From positions 1-60,316 of IMG/VR virus record IMGVR_UViG_3300018080_000195: 60,316 bases of DNA; one strand, written 5' to 3'. Shown here in pieces: positions 1-9,768 of this stretch (positions within the stretch are counted from its first letter, which is position 1; every line of letters begins with the position of its first letter). The notes under the pieces are model-generated. The model was given only the letters and a program-made list of their open reading frames with translations. It searched no databases and was not told where the DNA came from. The stretch comes from a virus. Its lineage: Duplodnaviria; Caudoviricetes. Made by a program: the position numbers and the translations under genes.

Positions 1-334
1 CACGGATTCGCCAATCCACGCTGGAATCATGTATCTCACTGACAGTCCAGTACTTCACTTCGTCATCGGACGTGAAGAACTTCAAGTACTGTCCTTCCAC
101 AGTCCTCTGCGGGCTTCCAGTAGTCTTGTACCCGTCCTCTGAGTAGACACCGACCCAACGTCCAGTGCTGTGCCAGATAGTTGCTGGATCGTGCTCCCCA
201 GAGACTAGCGTGGACCAATAACGTCCGTCCATCGGAATCGCAGCTTCGTACTGATCGCTCGTTAGCCGAACTCTTGGATTTCGATGCTCCAAATCCTGTG
301 CGTCATGTAACTCACCGGACAGAGTAAGTGCCAT
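1..334 (-). CDS. putative tail protein (partial, runs off the window)
   Basis: Hand-translated from ATG at 334 (MALTLSGELHDAQDLEHRNPRVRL...), open to position 1, with an upstream GAGGA RBS. Lies downstream of the tape measure gene. Confidence 0.6.
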   Translation of the reverse strand, partial: MALTLSGELHDAQDLEHRNPRVRLTSDQYEAAIPMDGRYWSTLVSGEHDPATIWHSTGRWVGVYSEDGYKTTGSPQRTVEGQYLKFFTSDDEVKYWTVSEIHDSSVDWRIR

Positions 335-346
335 TTCTTGTCCTCT

Positions 347-751
347 TTATGCTGTCGCTCTAATCAGAAAAGTTAGCTTCACGTCCTTTCTCCAAGGAGC
401 GTCTGACAGTGCGCTCTCCAGATACTTGCCGTCCAGTTTCAGGACTTGAACACTGTAACTTGCTCCAAGCTGAGTGTTCCACGTCACATACTCATCGTTC
501 TCCAAGATGGTTTGCAATTCAGCGAACGTGTCGTCGGGCATCCAGTCCCACTCCAAGACAATCTCTTGTCCTTTTATGAACATGCCCCAACTGAAGAATG
601 CAACGCTCGTATATGTTGGCTTGTACGCATAGCTCCTATACTTCTTCGGGATCGTGAAGTCCGTTGGATTTCTCCAAAACGTATATGATCCATTTGTATA
701 TGGCGATGACTGCCCACGTGGTGTATCAGTCGTTATAATCATCTTGTTCAT
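347..751 (-). CDS. putative distal tail / tail-tip protein
   Basis: 134 aa, coupled to the tape measure stop; position typical of Dit-like genes. Confidence 0.55.
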   Translation of the reverse strand: MNKMIITTDTPRGQSSPYTNGSYTFWRNPTDFTIPKKYRSYAYKPTYTSVAFFSWGMFIKGQEIVLEWDWMPDDTFAELQTILENDEYVTWNTQLGASYSVQVLKLDGKYLESALSDAPWRKDVKLTFLIRATA

Positions 752-3700
752 CAGACTAGCTCCGTTCTAATGTATCTCTTGACAGTAGACTCTACTTCTG
801 TCCTCAATCCTGCTGTGAAGCGTGGACTTACGTGCTCCACATTGATCGGCACGTTGATCGTCAGTGCTTGTGCTGCACTCATCTGTGCTCCGAGTGCTTT
901 CATCTGTCCTTTCGTGAAGACTCCTTCTCCTCTTTGCAGAATCGCAGGGAACTCGTTGCTCTTCAATCCATCATGCAGTCTTCGGGCACTCTCGAAGATC
1001 TTCGGATTGACAAGTCTCACAGGAAGAGGAGAGTCTGTTCCTACCAACCCCCCTTTGTGGAAATCCGGCATAGTCATCTCCACAGGTCCCTTAGATATGT
1101 CCTGTGCTCCTGTTCCTCCTCCAAAACCGGGCAGGAAACTCATTCCTTGCATGAGCATCTTCATGATCGTTAGCTGGATGATCGTCTGACCGATATACTT
1201 GAGGATGTTCACAAACATGTCGATCATTGCTTCGCCGAAGGACTTGGATCCTTCCGTGACTTCCATGAAAGCGTCCACAAATTCATCCGCAAACATCCTA
1301 GGCAACTCTGAAGCTATGTCGTAGAACATCTTGGAGAAAGAGATTACTTCACGACGGGCCTTGTCGAACCCTCGCTTGAACGCTGCCCAGTGTCCTTCCA
1401 TGAGGATCGCTCTCTGATCCTGATACTCAGACTCAGAGATGAGATCCGCATTTCTCGCATCCTGCACATATGTAAAATATTCCTCCGCAGAGATCTTGCC
1501 GGACTCGTACAGATCTCGCCCTTCTCTGAGTTTCCTTCTTCCTTCCTCCTTGGGCTCCCCCTCGTACCCCGCTTGGATCGTCGCAGTTCTCGCTTGTTGT
1601 AACTTTAACTCTGCATCCTTCTTCGCATTCGTCTCTTCAATGTACGCTCCAGCATCATCCTTGTAGAGTGCTTTAAGAGCACTCACAAGTGACTCCAACA
1701 ATCGAAGACGCTCTTCCGCAAACTTCTCATCCTGTCGAGCAAGTTCCACATCAATTTCATTTTTCGCGGTCTTCTTCTCTGCCCCCTCCCGCTCGATCAT
1801 CGTCTTTGCAAGTTCCGTTCGACGCTCTAATGCTTGCTCTTCCTGCTCAAATTCGTGTCGAAGTCGTTGGGCACCCGCTTCCTGAGTGATCTCATTCCTT
1901 TGTCTTTGGGCTTCCTCCGTCACCCCTACGATTGCTTTTTCGTTTCCTTCAATCCTTTCCTTGAGTTCCTCCTCATGCTTCATACGGTCATCGGTGCCCT
2001 TTTTGAAGTTCTTCCTCATCTCGTCGCGGGTTCTTTTGTCAGCCGCAATCTGCTCCTGTAACGATGCTATGACCGCGTTCTTGTGCTTCTCTATATATTC
2101 CAATTTTGCTTCGAGGTTCTCAAACTCCAGTGCTCTTTCCTTATGCATGATGTCAAACGCTTCCATCATTGCATTGAAGCGTATTCCAGAGACGTGCTCC
2201 GCTTGCTCTTCCGTAGCGACTCCGATATCCTTTGCAGTCTTCTTGTATGCGGAAACTTGCTGCTTCATCGAACGATAGATAGCAGCAATCTCCGCTTGCT
2301 GGAGTCCTTTCGCTCCTTTGATCATCTCTTCGAACGGGCTGTCCACTTTCTCAAACACGAGAGGCTTTCTCCGCATCCTCTCTATCGACTCTTGGATCTG
2401 CTTATCGACCCGTTCCATTGCTAGTTTTATTGCTTTGAGGACATTCGGAAACTTTGCATAGCGTTCATTCAGGATTTCAACCCACTCATGCAACTCCTCT
2501 GCATTGTAAATGCCTTTCTCGTAAGCAGTGAAGAGAGACTCACCAAGAGTATACGTGAGTTGCTTCAGAAGTAGCTTTTCCTGTTTTACTTTTTCTGTGC
2601 TCTCCCCCCACTCCTTCATCTTCTCAGTGGCCATATCTCCAACTATGCTAACAATCTCTCCCAAGTCCTTCCATCGCTGGACCATGTGATCTATAAAACC
2701 ACCCAAAATGGGAATCTGCTGCATCATGCCGACAAGATTTCTTGAATCAAATCCTTTCTTGAGTGCATACTGCCATATATTAACTCCAGCAATCATCTCT
2801 GCGGAGAACATCTCCTTGAAACCTTCGATAACCTTCGTCTTCTCGATGACTTTGAACTGCTGGGCAATAGACTCCACAGCAGCAGAAACATTGTTGAACC
2901 ACGCTACTGTGATCTCTTGCTGAAGAATATCGTTTAGATCCTCAAAATTCTCTCCTGCGTCAGCGAGAATGAATTCTAGATCCTCAAACTCCGTCTTCAA
3001 TCGCTTGATCAGATCCCGGTACCGCTTCAATCCCTCTTCACTCTTCTCTGCTTCCTCATTCGCTTTCTTCAGACGATCCTGATAGCTCTTCAGGATCTCA
3101 ATCCGTCTGTTCGTAGCGATGACTGCTTGCTGCTCTGCTTGCGTGTTGGAACGGATCTGTGTTTGGAATCGCTTGTAAGCTGCTGCTGCTGCTCCGACTG
3201 CAAGGACGAGCCATCCAATCGGATGCTTGAGCAGTGCGGCAGAAAACGTGTAAATGCGCTTCGTGACAAGGTAAATCGCTTTTCCAAGAGCGAGGACTGC
3301 TATCGTAGCAATGCCTGTCGTTGCAGTGAAAGTCGTGTATGTCGTGATTGCTCCACCGATTCCTTGCTCCACAAATGCAGTCAGCGCAATCACAGTCTGT
3401 CGGACGACTTCAAGGAATCCTCTCAAGACATCCGTAAATCCGAGGGCTCCTAGTTCCACCATCAACGACTTGAATCTGTCCTGCAAGTTCTTGAACTGGA
3501 GAGCAAGTCCTTCGATCTGGATTCCGGCCATGTTTGCTGCTGTTCCGACTTCATAGACGCTATCCAATGCTCTATTAAACTCACCGCTGTTGATCGCTCT
3601 CATCAGAGCAACGATGGAGTTCGCTCCACGCAGTCCGAATAGTTCAAACGCTTTCCTAGCGTCGATTGCTCCTGTTGTACTGTCTACAAAGACTTCCGCA

Positions 3701-4935
3701 AGGTTCTCCATGACCCCCACGAACCCGTGTGCGCGAACATCCAAGTCTTCCAGTTGAATGTTATGCTCTTCGTATGCTTCACGCAGCTTCGCGGACGGTG
3801 CGACGAGACGGGAGAAGACTTGCCTTAACCCCGTTCCGATTGTAGACGCTCTCAGTCCGGAGTTAGCAAGCGTCATCATCGCAGCAGTGACTTCCTCGAT
3901 CTCCGCTCCTACTGCATAAGCCGCAGGTCCGACATAGTTGAACGCAATCCGAAGCTTATCAACAGTCAGCTTGGACTTGTTGATCGCATTTGCCATGATG
4001 TCGGAGATTTGTCCAGCTTGGAAGGATTCTAGGTTGAACGCTCGAACGGAAGTAGTAAGCAAGTCAGCGACAGTCTTCATGTCCGACAGCGTTCCAGTAG
4101 CAAGATCCGCAGTTGCTTGGATCGCGTCCATCGACTCTCCTGCATCGAATCCTGCTTGTCCAAGGAGTACCATCGCGTCTGCGGTCTCTGTCATGCTGAA
4201 CTTCGTAGTCCGTGCTACTTGCTTGATCGTCTCGCCCATTGCGCGGACTTCTGCGTCTGTTGCTCCTGTGATCGCTTTCAAATTCTTCAGTGCTTGATCA
4301 TACGCTACGATCTCATCGAATCCTGCCCGTAGGGCATCAACTACAGCATAGATCGCAGCAGCAGCGACACCGTATGCAGCAGTCACTTTCATTGCAGCAG
4401 TGAGTCTTGCCATTGCTCCTTCGACTTGAGCAATTTGCTTTCCAATCCAAGACTGTGACTGTCCAGCTTTCTTCGTCGCTGAGTCTAGGACACGAAATCC
4501 TTGCGCTGTCCTTTCCAGAAGTCCAGCTTGATCCTTCGCTACTAAGTTTACATAATCAATATCTTGGGCAAACTTCCGTCCATTCTTTCCAGCAGCACTA
4601 AGGGCACGGGCTTGCTTGTGGACCATCGCTTGCATTTGATCCATATATCTGATCGCATCTCTGTGAGATCGCGCAGTTCCATCCGTACTCTTCCTCAGAT
4701 CGTCGAGAGCGCGTTTGTACGTGTTGTTGATCGGCGCCATCTCCTTGACACGCTTTGCGTAGAGAGCCTGAACCTTCTGTAGGTCATTCATCGGACCAGC
4801 AGCCTGCTTTGCTCCCTTCGCCATCGCTGTGTTAAGGGCATTAAGCTCCCGACGAATAGCTTGAGTTCCTTTACGGAAACTCTCGACGTTCGCAGTGAAT
4901 ACAGTTGCTAAGGATAGATCTCTCTGTTCTGCCAT
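751..4935 (-). CDS. tail tape measure protein (TP901-family core)
   Basis: 1394 aa, helical and Ala-rich. TMP core motifs (LKAITGAT, TTKFSMTETADAMVLLGQAGF, LANSGLRASTIGTGLR), a TM-like middle, and a C-terminal FHKGGLV...EFPAILQRGEGV. Confidence 0.95.
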   Translation of the reverse strand: MAEQRDLSLATVFTANVESFRKGTQAIRRELNALNTAMAKGAKQAAGPMNDLQKVQALYAKRVKEMAPINNTYKRALDDLRKSTDGTARSHRDAIRYMDQMQAMVHKQARALSAAGKNGRKFAQDIDYVNLVAKDQAGLLERTAQGFRVLDSATKKAGQSQSWIGKQIAQVEGAMARLTAAMKVTAAYGVAAAAIYAVVDALRAGFDEIVAYDQALKNLKAITGATDAEVRAMGETIKQVARTTKFSMTETADAMVLLGQAGFDAGESMDAIQATADLATGTLSDMKTVADLLTTSVRAFNLESFQAGQISDIMANAINKSKLTVDKLRIAFNYVGPAAYAVGAEIEEVTAAMMTLANSGLRASTIGTGLRQVFSRLVAPSAKLREAYEEHNIQLEDLDVRAHGFVGVMENLAEVFVDSTTGAIDARKAFELFGLRGANSIVALMRAINSGEFNRALDSVYEVGTAANMAGIQIEGLALQFKNLQDRFKSLMVELGALGFTDVLRGFLEVVRQTVIALTAFVEQGIGGAITTYTTFTATTGIATIAVLALGKAIYLVTKRIYTFSAALLKHPIGWLVLAVGAAAAAYKRFQTQIRSNTQAEQQAVIATNRRIEILKSYQDRLKKANEEAEKSEEGLKRYRDLIKRLKTEFEDLEFILADAGENFEDLNDILQQEITVAWFNNVSAAVESIAQQFKVIEKTKVIEGFKEMFSAEMIAGVNIWQYALKKGFDSRNLVGMMQQIPILGGFIDHMVQRWKDLGEIVSIVGDMATEKMKEWGESTEKVKQEKLLLKQLTYTLGESLFTAYEKGIYNAEELHEWVEILNERYAKFPNVLKAIKLAMERVDKQIQESIERMRRKPLVFEKVDSPFEEMIKGAKGLQQAEIAAIYRSMKQQVSAYKKTAKDIGVATEEQAEHVSGIRFNAMMEAFDIMHKERALEFENLEAKLEYIEKHKNAVIASLQEQIAADKRTRDEMRKNFKKGTDDRMKHEEELKERIEGNEKAIVGVTEEAQRQRNEITQEAGAQRLRHEFEQEEQALERRTELAKTMIEREGAEKKTAKNEIDVELARQDEKFAEERLRLLESLVSALKALYKDDAGAYIEETNAKKDAELKLQQARTATIQAGYEGEPKEEGRRKLREGRDLYESGKISAEEYFTYVQDARNADLISESEYQDQRAILMEGHWAAFKRGFDKARREVISFSKMFYDIASELPRMFADEFVDAFMEVTEGSKSFGEAMIDMFVNILKYIGQTIIQLTIMKMLMQGMSFLPGFGGGTGAQDISKGPVEMTMPDFHKGGLVGTDSPLPVRLVNPKIFESARRLHDGLKSNEFPAILQRGEGVFTKGQMKALGAQMSAAQALTINVPINVEHVSPRFTAGLRTEVESTVKRYIRTELV

Positions 4936-4941
4936 CAGATA

Positions 4942-5373
4942 TTATCCCCGTCCCATCTGTTTGGGCATCTTACTCATAGCCTGCCGATGCAGCCCTTTCA
5001 TCTGTTCTGTCAGTTTTTGCTTTTGCTCTTCAGACAGATGAGCATACTCAGAAGGATGCTTGAACTGTGTAGAGAATGGGGTCCCTTCTATCGCAGCAGC
5101 AGCAGCAGGAGGAGGAGGAGGACTACTCCTCTCCTTCTTCGCTTCTCCTTCAATGTCCACTCCGAGCATAGCAGCAAAGAACTTCATCCTGTCCATCTCT
5201 CTGTCCTCAGAGTAGCTATACAGCGCAGTCATCTGTCCTATTGTAACTCCTCCGTCTCTGTAGGATTTTCTGAAGAAATCTTCGAGTCGGTATCCACTAT
5301 ATCGTTGAAGGATGGTCGTGACAGCCTCGCCGATGGAAACAGTTTCCTTGCTTTCTCGCCGAGGCTCTTGAGG
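4942..5373 (-). CDS. tail assembly chaperone, frameshifted (GT-type) C-terminal extension
   Basis: The -1 frame is open from the slippery site at 5373-5379 (PQEPRRESKETVSIGEAV...GGVTIGQMTALY...) to the stop at 4942. Confidence 0.8.
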   Translation of the reverse strand, partial: PQEPRRESKETVSIGEAVTTILQRYSGYRLEDFFRKSYRDGGVTIGQMTALYSYSEDREMDRMKFFAAMLGVDIEGEAKKERSSPPPPPAAAAAIEGTPFSTQFKHPSEYAHLSEEQKQKLTEQMKGLHRQAMSKMPKQMGRG

Positions 5374-5729
5374 TTTTTTCCGAGAATACCGTAGTTCATG
5401 TCGAAGATCGCTTCCGCAATCTCCAATGCTTGCTCATTCGTCAGTTCCTCAAGGATCTTGTCTCCGTCCTCATCGGAGACCATGGAGATTATGCGTCCAA
5501 TGTTCGACTTGATCATCTCAATGACGGCCCCAACGAACACCATGTCGTTCACTTCTCCAGCATCCGTGAACTCCTGTAGAGCAGTCGTGATGAGATCTGT
5601 GAGTTTGAGTTGATCCGCCATGGAGAGCGGATAGACTTTGATTTCTCTCAGGTCGCGGATCCCAACAGTAACTTCCGCGACCTGAGGAATCAGCTTTGCA
5701 CTTCTTTTTACTTCGTCTTTCTCCGGCAT
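5238..5729 (-). CDS. tail assembly chaperone (G-type)
   Basis: 163 aa, acidic, between the tail tube and TMP genes; contains an in-frame A AAA AAC heptamer. Confidence 0.85.
   Translation of the reverse strand: MPEKDEVKRSAKLIPQVAEVTVGIRDLREIKVYPLSMADQLKLTDLITTALQEFTDAGEVNDMVFVGAVIEMIKSNIGRIISMVSDEDGDKILEELTNEQALEIAEAIFDMNYGILGKNLKSLGEKARKLFPSARLSRPSFNDIVDTDSKISSENPTETEELQ
5373..5379 (-). promoter_or_regulatory. programmed -1 ribosomal frameshift heptamer (A AAA AAC)
   Basis: Minus strand GGA AAA AAC fits X XXY YYZ in the reading frame, and a -1 shift joins the downstream ORF with no stop. Confidence 0.8.
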
Positions 5730-5759
5730 TGCTTTCTCTCCTTCTAATTCAGCGAGGGT

Positions 5760-6353
5760 CTATTCCCACGCAATTCTGCCAAGAGGCTTGTCGTCCCAAG
5801 CAGCGTCTCCTCCTGTGGTTTCGGAGTCCGCTCTCTTTCCTTCGATCATGATCGGAACTGCCGCCGCATCCTCACTCTGTAGATCCATCTCGACGGAAGC
5901 AGACACCTGAGCACGAGGAAAGATGATGTACATGTAGTTCGTTCCGTTCGGATACGTGTAGACAGCTTCCATCCTGACATACGCAGGAGAGACACGATCT
6001 CCGATAGGAACTTCACCGGAATGTACAGTCATGCTTGCAAACTCACCGGAATTCGGGTCGAATCCGTAAGCGAGAGCCATGTTGAACGGGGTGATTTCCT
6101 TGAAGGAACACTCCAGAGCAGCACTCTCTCGAATCGGGGTCGTAAAGTCCTCAATCAGAGGAAATCCGGATTCCAGCTTGAACCAGTCCGTGTTTCCTAC
6201 GAATCGGGTGTTCGCAAGTGCTCCAATGGAATCGCTTGCAGTCAGTGCAGCGTGGATGTCGCCGATGTTCGTAGCGGAGTCACCGATCCTGATCTGAGCA
6301 AGTCCAAGAGCAATAGTGCTAGTATCGGTTGTTACGGGTCCTTTTCTGGCCAT
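5760..6353 (-). CDS. major tail tube protein
   Basis: 197 aa, beta-rich (IALGLAQIRIG...IIFPRAQV), strong AAGGAGGTG RBS, directly upstream of chaperone and TMP. Confidence 0.8.
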   Translation of the reverse strand: MARKGPVTTDTSTIALGLAQIRIGDSATNIGDIHAALTASDSIGALANTRFVGNTDWFKLESGFPLIEDFTTPIRESAALECSFKEITPFNMALAYGFDPNSGEFASMTVHSGEVPIGDRVSPAYVRMEAVYTYPNGTNYMYIIFPRAQVSASVEMDLQSEDAAAVPIMIEGKRADSETTGGDAAWDDKPLGRIAWE

Positions 6354-6411
6354 TAAGTATCACCTCCTTTCATAGTGGATTTTTTGATTTTACCGGAGAT
6401 GTCAGCGAACG

Positions 6412-6452
6412 CTGATTGCACTACAGTCAGATGAGGGATCTGATTGCACTAC
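6412..6452. repeat. 13-bp direct repeat CTGATTGCACTAC x2 in the tail tube leader
   Basis: Exact copies at 6412-6424 and 6440-6452. Confidence 0.85.
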
Positions 6453-6457
6453 TTATA

Positions 6458-6751
6458 TCACTTGCTTTCTGGTATTGCAAGCTTTTCTTGCACTCCTACA
6501 TTTGGAAAATAATTCAATACATTCCAGTGGCAACACTCCTTTCGTAAGCATTTGATCTTTATGGAGCCGTGGATGTATATCTCCACAGGACAATACTCTA
6601 TTCCTTCCTCATTCACCCGGAGTCCATACATGAAGTGCCATAGACCATTCTGATTCCTCTGAACTATACGCTTTCCGCACTTCTCACAACGGAAAGTCTT
6701 TATTCTGCTCTTTCTCTTCTTGTCCTTAGTTCTAGGTGCAGGAGTGGCCAT
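6458..6751 (-). CDS. Com-family zinc-ribbon regulator
   Basis: FRCEKCGKRI ... IKIKCLRKECCHWN matches the Mu Com-like pattern (RCxxCxK ... I.IKC..C...N). Confidence 0.65.
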   Translation of the reverse strand: MATPAPRTKDKKRKSRIKTFRCEKCGKRIVQRNQNGLWHFMYGLRVNEEGIEYCPVEIYIHGSIKIKCLRKECCHWNVLNYFPNVGVQEKLAIPESK

Positions 6752-6752
6752 G

Positions 6753-7223
6753 TCAGATCTTTGAACTCCATCTCAATCTCACTGTGAGCACTTTGTACTT
6801 CGTCTCATCATCCGCTACGAACTGCTGAGACTCCAAGACTTCCTGTACGAGAAGTCCTCCTATGAGACTCCACGCTTGATCCTGATAGCTCCTGTACAGC
6901 GCAATCGTCCTCATTCCATGCGTAGCTGTATCGTCGGACAGATATCCCATCACAGTGTCGGTCAACTGAGCAAGCTTGAATCCTTCGTTGTCCTTTCTCG
7001 TGCAGCAGTAGATTGTCAGGTAGTGCTCTGAGAGATCCCCTCTGTCCATCATTCCAAAGTTGACGGAGATCCATCTATCTATCGTGCTCGGAGTGCCTTG
7101 CACATTTGGAGTTGTGAGTCCTTTGTCAAACATCAGATGGTACGTTGGGTGCATACTGTCAACAAAGTACTTCTTTATCGAGTCGCGCACATTTGCTTCT
7201 CGTGCTGTAGGGTCAAGGGCCAT
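6753..7223 (-). CDS. putative tail terminator / completion protein
   Basis: 156 aa; position upstream of the tail tube gene, typical size, strong RBS. Confidence 0.6.
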   Translation of the reverse strand: MALDPTAREANVRDSIKKYFVDSMHPTYHLMFDKGLTTPNVQGTPSTIDRWISVNFGMMDRGDLSEHYLTIYCCTRKDNEGFKLAQLTDTVMGYLSDDTATHGMRTIALYRSYQDQAWSLIGGLLVQEVLESQQFVADDETKYKVLTVRLRWSSKI

Positions 7224-7425
7224 TCCGTTTCACCTCCTTCAAAAACTCATCCAAGAACTTCCAGAACTCTTTCGTGTACTTCACTGCTTCTGCTTGCTCT
7301 GCATCCTTTCCGTCGAAGTCGATCTTCGCAAGCGACAATCCAGTCTTGAGCAGATCCAGTTCCTTGATCGGGAATTCTAGCTCCACATGGATGTCTTTCG
7401 GTGCTACGTTGACGATTTTGACCAC
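7213..7425 (-). CDS. hypothetical protein
   Basis: Probable GTG start at 7425 after AGGAG; stop overlaps the next gene. Confidence 0.6.
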   Translation of the reverse strand: MVKIVNVAPKDIHVELEFPIKELDLLKTGLSLAKIDFDGKDAEQAEAVKYTKEFWKFLDEFLKEVKRNGP

Positions 7426-8057
7426 TGAATTTCTCCTAGATTTGTCTTCGTTCCTATCCAGACCCAAGTTCCTATTTTCTGAAGAGGGTAACCAACCTCC
7501 ATACAGAATTTATCCACTGTACTTTGCACATCTGGATCTGTCGGTCGATAGTCGTCCCATGCAATGCACCAATCTCCATCTTTGTTCCTATTCTCCCATG
7601 CCGTCCAAGTATCCTTCTCAACTGCTGGAAGAGTATGATCTGCGTCAATCAAGCAAAGATCTACTTCTCCTCGCATCTTCAAATCCCAACTATTCATAAT
7701 GTGTAGACTGAGATTATTAACTTTGTGCATCAATGGAATATATCCAGTAGGATTTCCTGATTTCTCCACTACTGTACGAACATCCACTGCATGTACTCTC
7801 GCTTCCGGGTTCAACTTGCACAACAACAAAGTCGTCCATCCGTGATGAACACCCATCTCAACTATCACTTTCGGACGAAAAAGAAGACTCAAACAAGCAG
7901 GAGCCATCACTATATTACTTTCCGTCACTTCCTGCACAAGAAGATCATGGGTAGCAAGCCGTTTCATCCCAATCGAGCTATCAATCTTTTCTACTGGAAA
8001 ATTGTAGAATCTCTCCTTCGGAAAACAATTAAGCACATACTCTTGCCAACTATTCAT
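7404..8057 (-). CDS. class I SAM-dependent methyltransferase (Methyltransf_24-like)
   Basis: IVEMGVHHGWTT, VHAVD, DLCLIDADH, IAWDDY. Confidence 0.85.
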   Translation of the reverse strand: MNSWQEYVLNCFPKERFYNFPVEKIDSSIGMKRLATHDLLVQEVTESNIVMAPACLSLLFRPKVIVEMGVHHGWTTLLLCKLNPEARVHAVDVRTVVEKSGNPTGYIPLMHKVNNLSLHIMNSWDLKMRGEVDLCLIDADHTLPAVEKDTWTAWENRNKDGDWCIAWDDYRPTDPDVQSTVDKFCMEVGYPLQKIGTWVWIGTKTNLGEIQWSKSST

Positions 8058-8799
8058 ATGGACAAGACTCCGCTAGGATCTCATAAGCTTTCGACAAACC
8101 AGGTCTACTATTGGAAAAACCTTCTGTCTCCTCTTGTCCTACAGTAGAAAACTGTGACGGGTTAAACAAATTCGCTGCTTGATCAGTCCACTTGAGACCG
8201 GAATCACTGATAATCTTCTTTATCACTCCATTCTGAAAATGCTCTGGAAAGCGAACAGCAGTTGCGCCTTTACTGATCAGAGCAAACTTCAATGGAAGAT
8301 GTGATGCCCACTGCTCATACACTTTTTCAGGATTCTTTCCATCTGGTCTATTGTGCTTTTGCAATCTCTTCAAAGAAGCAATAGGGTGTCTTACTGTAAG
8401 GAAGTAGTGAATGTCCTTTCCCCACTCTTCCTCCTGAATCCTCATAAGATCAAAGAATACAGAAGGGTTGTGTCCTGTTGTTGTCTTTATGCCGAAACAC
8501 TGCCAATTCTTTTCCTTTGCCATTCTCATATAGGATCGAAGTACAGTACGATACTTCTCCTTCGGATCGTTTCCCGGCAACGAGTTATACTTATCCACCA
8601 ATGATGACGGCTCTGTGACCTTGTTTCCAGTTGTAATCTCCCCATGCAGAGAGTTAATCAAAGAATGTTCCGCATTTGACCCTGAATCGTAGTATGTCTG
8701 CTTATCCCCAAGATTCATTCCACATGCACTCAGCATTTGACTCAGCAGACTAGACCCAGTGCCAGGGGAGCACCAGATGATTATCTTCTTCATGTCCAT
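8050..8799 (-). CDS. sulfotransferase-like P-loop protein
   Basis: N-terminal IIIWCSPGTGSSLL (PAPS-binding loop-like), FGIKT and LTVRHPIAS. Confidence 0.7.
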   Translation of the reverse strand: MDMKKIIIWCSPGTGSSLLSQMLSACGMNLGDKQTYYDSGSNAEHSLINSLHGEITTGNKVTEPSSLVDKYNSLPGNDPKEKYRTVLRSYMRMAKEKNWQCFGIKTTTGHNPSVFFDLMRIQEEEWGKDIHYFLTVRHPIASLKRLQKHNRPDGKNPEKVYEQWASHLPLKFALISKGATAVRFPEHFQNGVIKKIISDSGLKWTDQAANLFNPSQFSTVGQEETEGFSNSRPGLSKAYEILAESCPYE

Positions 8800-9332
8800 T
8801 TGCTCTTCAACTCCTTGAGTGCTTTCTCCCCACGTTCAATGTACTGTCCTTCCTTGTACTCCTTCAGTGTCGGACGGAACATTGGACGCTCCACGTTATG
8901 TCCTTCTCCATACTCCAGAGTCCGAGCGTACATGGCAATAGGCTTAGGAGGCCCAAGATTGCCCTGTCCGAACCAGGAAGTTCCTCCAGCATCCGAAATT
9001 CCAGCAGGAATTCCGGCTCTCCAGACCCCTTTCTGCTCCTTCCAGAAAGAGATTGAGTTTATGAGACTCCCCATCGCTTTCCAGTATTCCACTTTGAAGA
9101 TAGCATACTTCCTCTTCCAGTCCGCATACTCCTCATGATATGGAGGATATCCTGCTATATGCTTCTGATGGTTGATGTTACCTCTCAGAAGATTCGCATA
9201 GTCAATCGCATTCTTCCGAGGAAGACTGTCCTCTAGTTGCTCCGATGTGTTCTCAAGATTGTTCAACGCTCTCATTATCCGAGCGAAGTCGGAAGCGTTG
9301 AAATGCATACGGACCATTACTGCATCGGCCAT
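8790..9332 (-). CDS. putative neck / tail-completion protein (HK97 gp10-like)
   Basis: GSLINSI ... YARTLEYGEGHNVERPMFRPTL matches the YA..lEyG....RP.fRP pattern; likely start MADAV at 9332. Confidence 0.7.
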   Translation of the reverse strand: MADAVMVRMHFNASDFARIMRALNNLENTSEQLEDSLPRKNAIDYANLLRGNINHQKHIAGYPPYHEEYADWKRKYAIFKVEYWKAMGSLINSISFWKEQKGVWRAGIPAGISDAGGTSWFGQGNLGPPKPIAMYARTLEYGEGHNVERPMFRPTLKEYKEGQYIERGEKALKELKSKWT

Positions 9333-9333
9333 C

Positions 9334-9768
9334 TTACTGAATCTTCCTGCTAGGCTCCAAGATCCATCCGTCCAGAACTTTAGCAAAGGACAGATCTTGA
9401 GGGTTCTTTGGAACAAGCTGCCCGGGGCCCTCTAGCTCCACATGTGATCGGAATATCCTTGGCATCTGAAACGCTCTCGGCTCCGTCACCCCTCCACGAT
9501 CTTCAATCACTTTCTTGAACAGGACGAGGTAGTCAAGTTCCTCCTCCTCCAGAAATAACGGCAAAGCGTACTGCAAACTCTCATCCATCCACTCATTTGA
9601 GAACATGTAGCCGTACCACGGATATGTGCCCTTGTCCAAGCTGTTCAAATCACGATGCTTGAGAACAGAGACGTGCCCAGCAACGTCAGATAGACTCTTC
9701 TTCAGCTTCAAAATATCTGACTGCTCCGGGTTGTCGCAAGGAATAATGAACATATTCAACATGGTCAT
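9334..9768 (-). CDS. degenerate GT2-like protein
   Basis: WYGYMFSNEWMDESL ... FQMPRIFR resembles the W...lDADE.l...L ... q.RlFr pattern of GT2 enzymes but lacks DxD. Confidence 0.4.
   Translation of the reverse strand: MTMLNMFIIPCDNPEQSDILKLKKSLSDVAGHVSVLKHRDLNSLDKGTYPWYGYMFSNEWMDESLQYALPLFLEEEELDYLVLFKKVIEDRGGVTEPRAFQMPRIFRSHVELEGPGQLVPKNPQDLSFAKVLDGWILEPSRKIQ

Noticed and set aside
5090-5125. GCA/GGA trinucleotide repeats
   Set aside because: They simply encode the PPPPPAAAAA linker of the chaperone extension.
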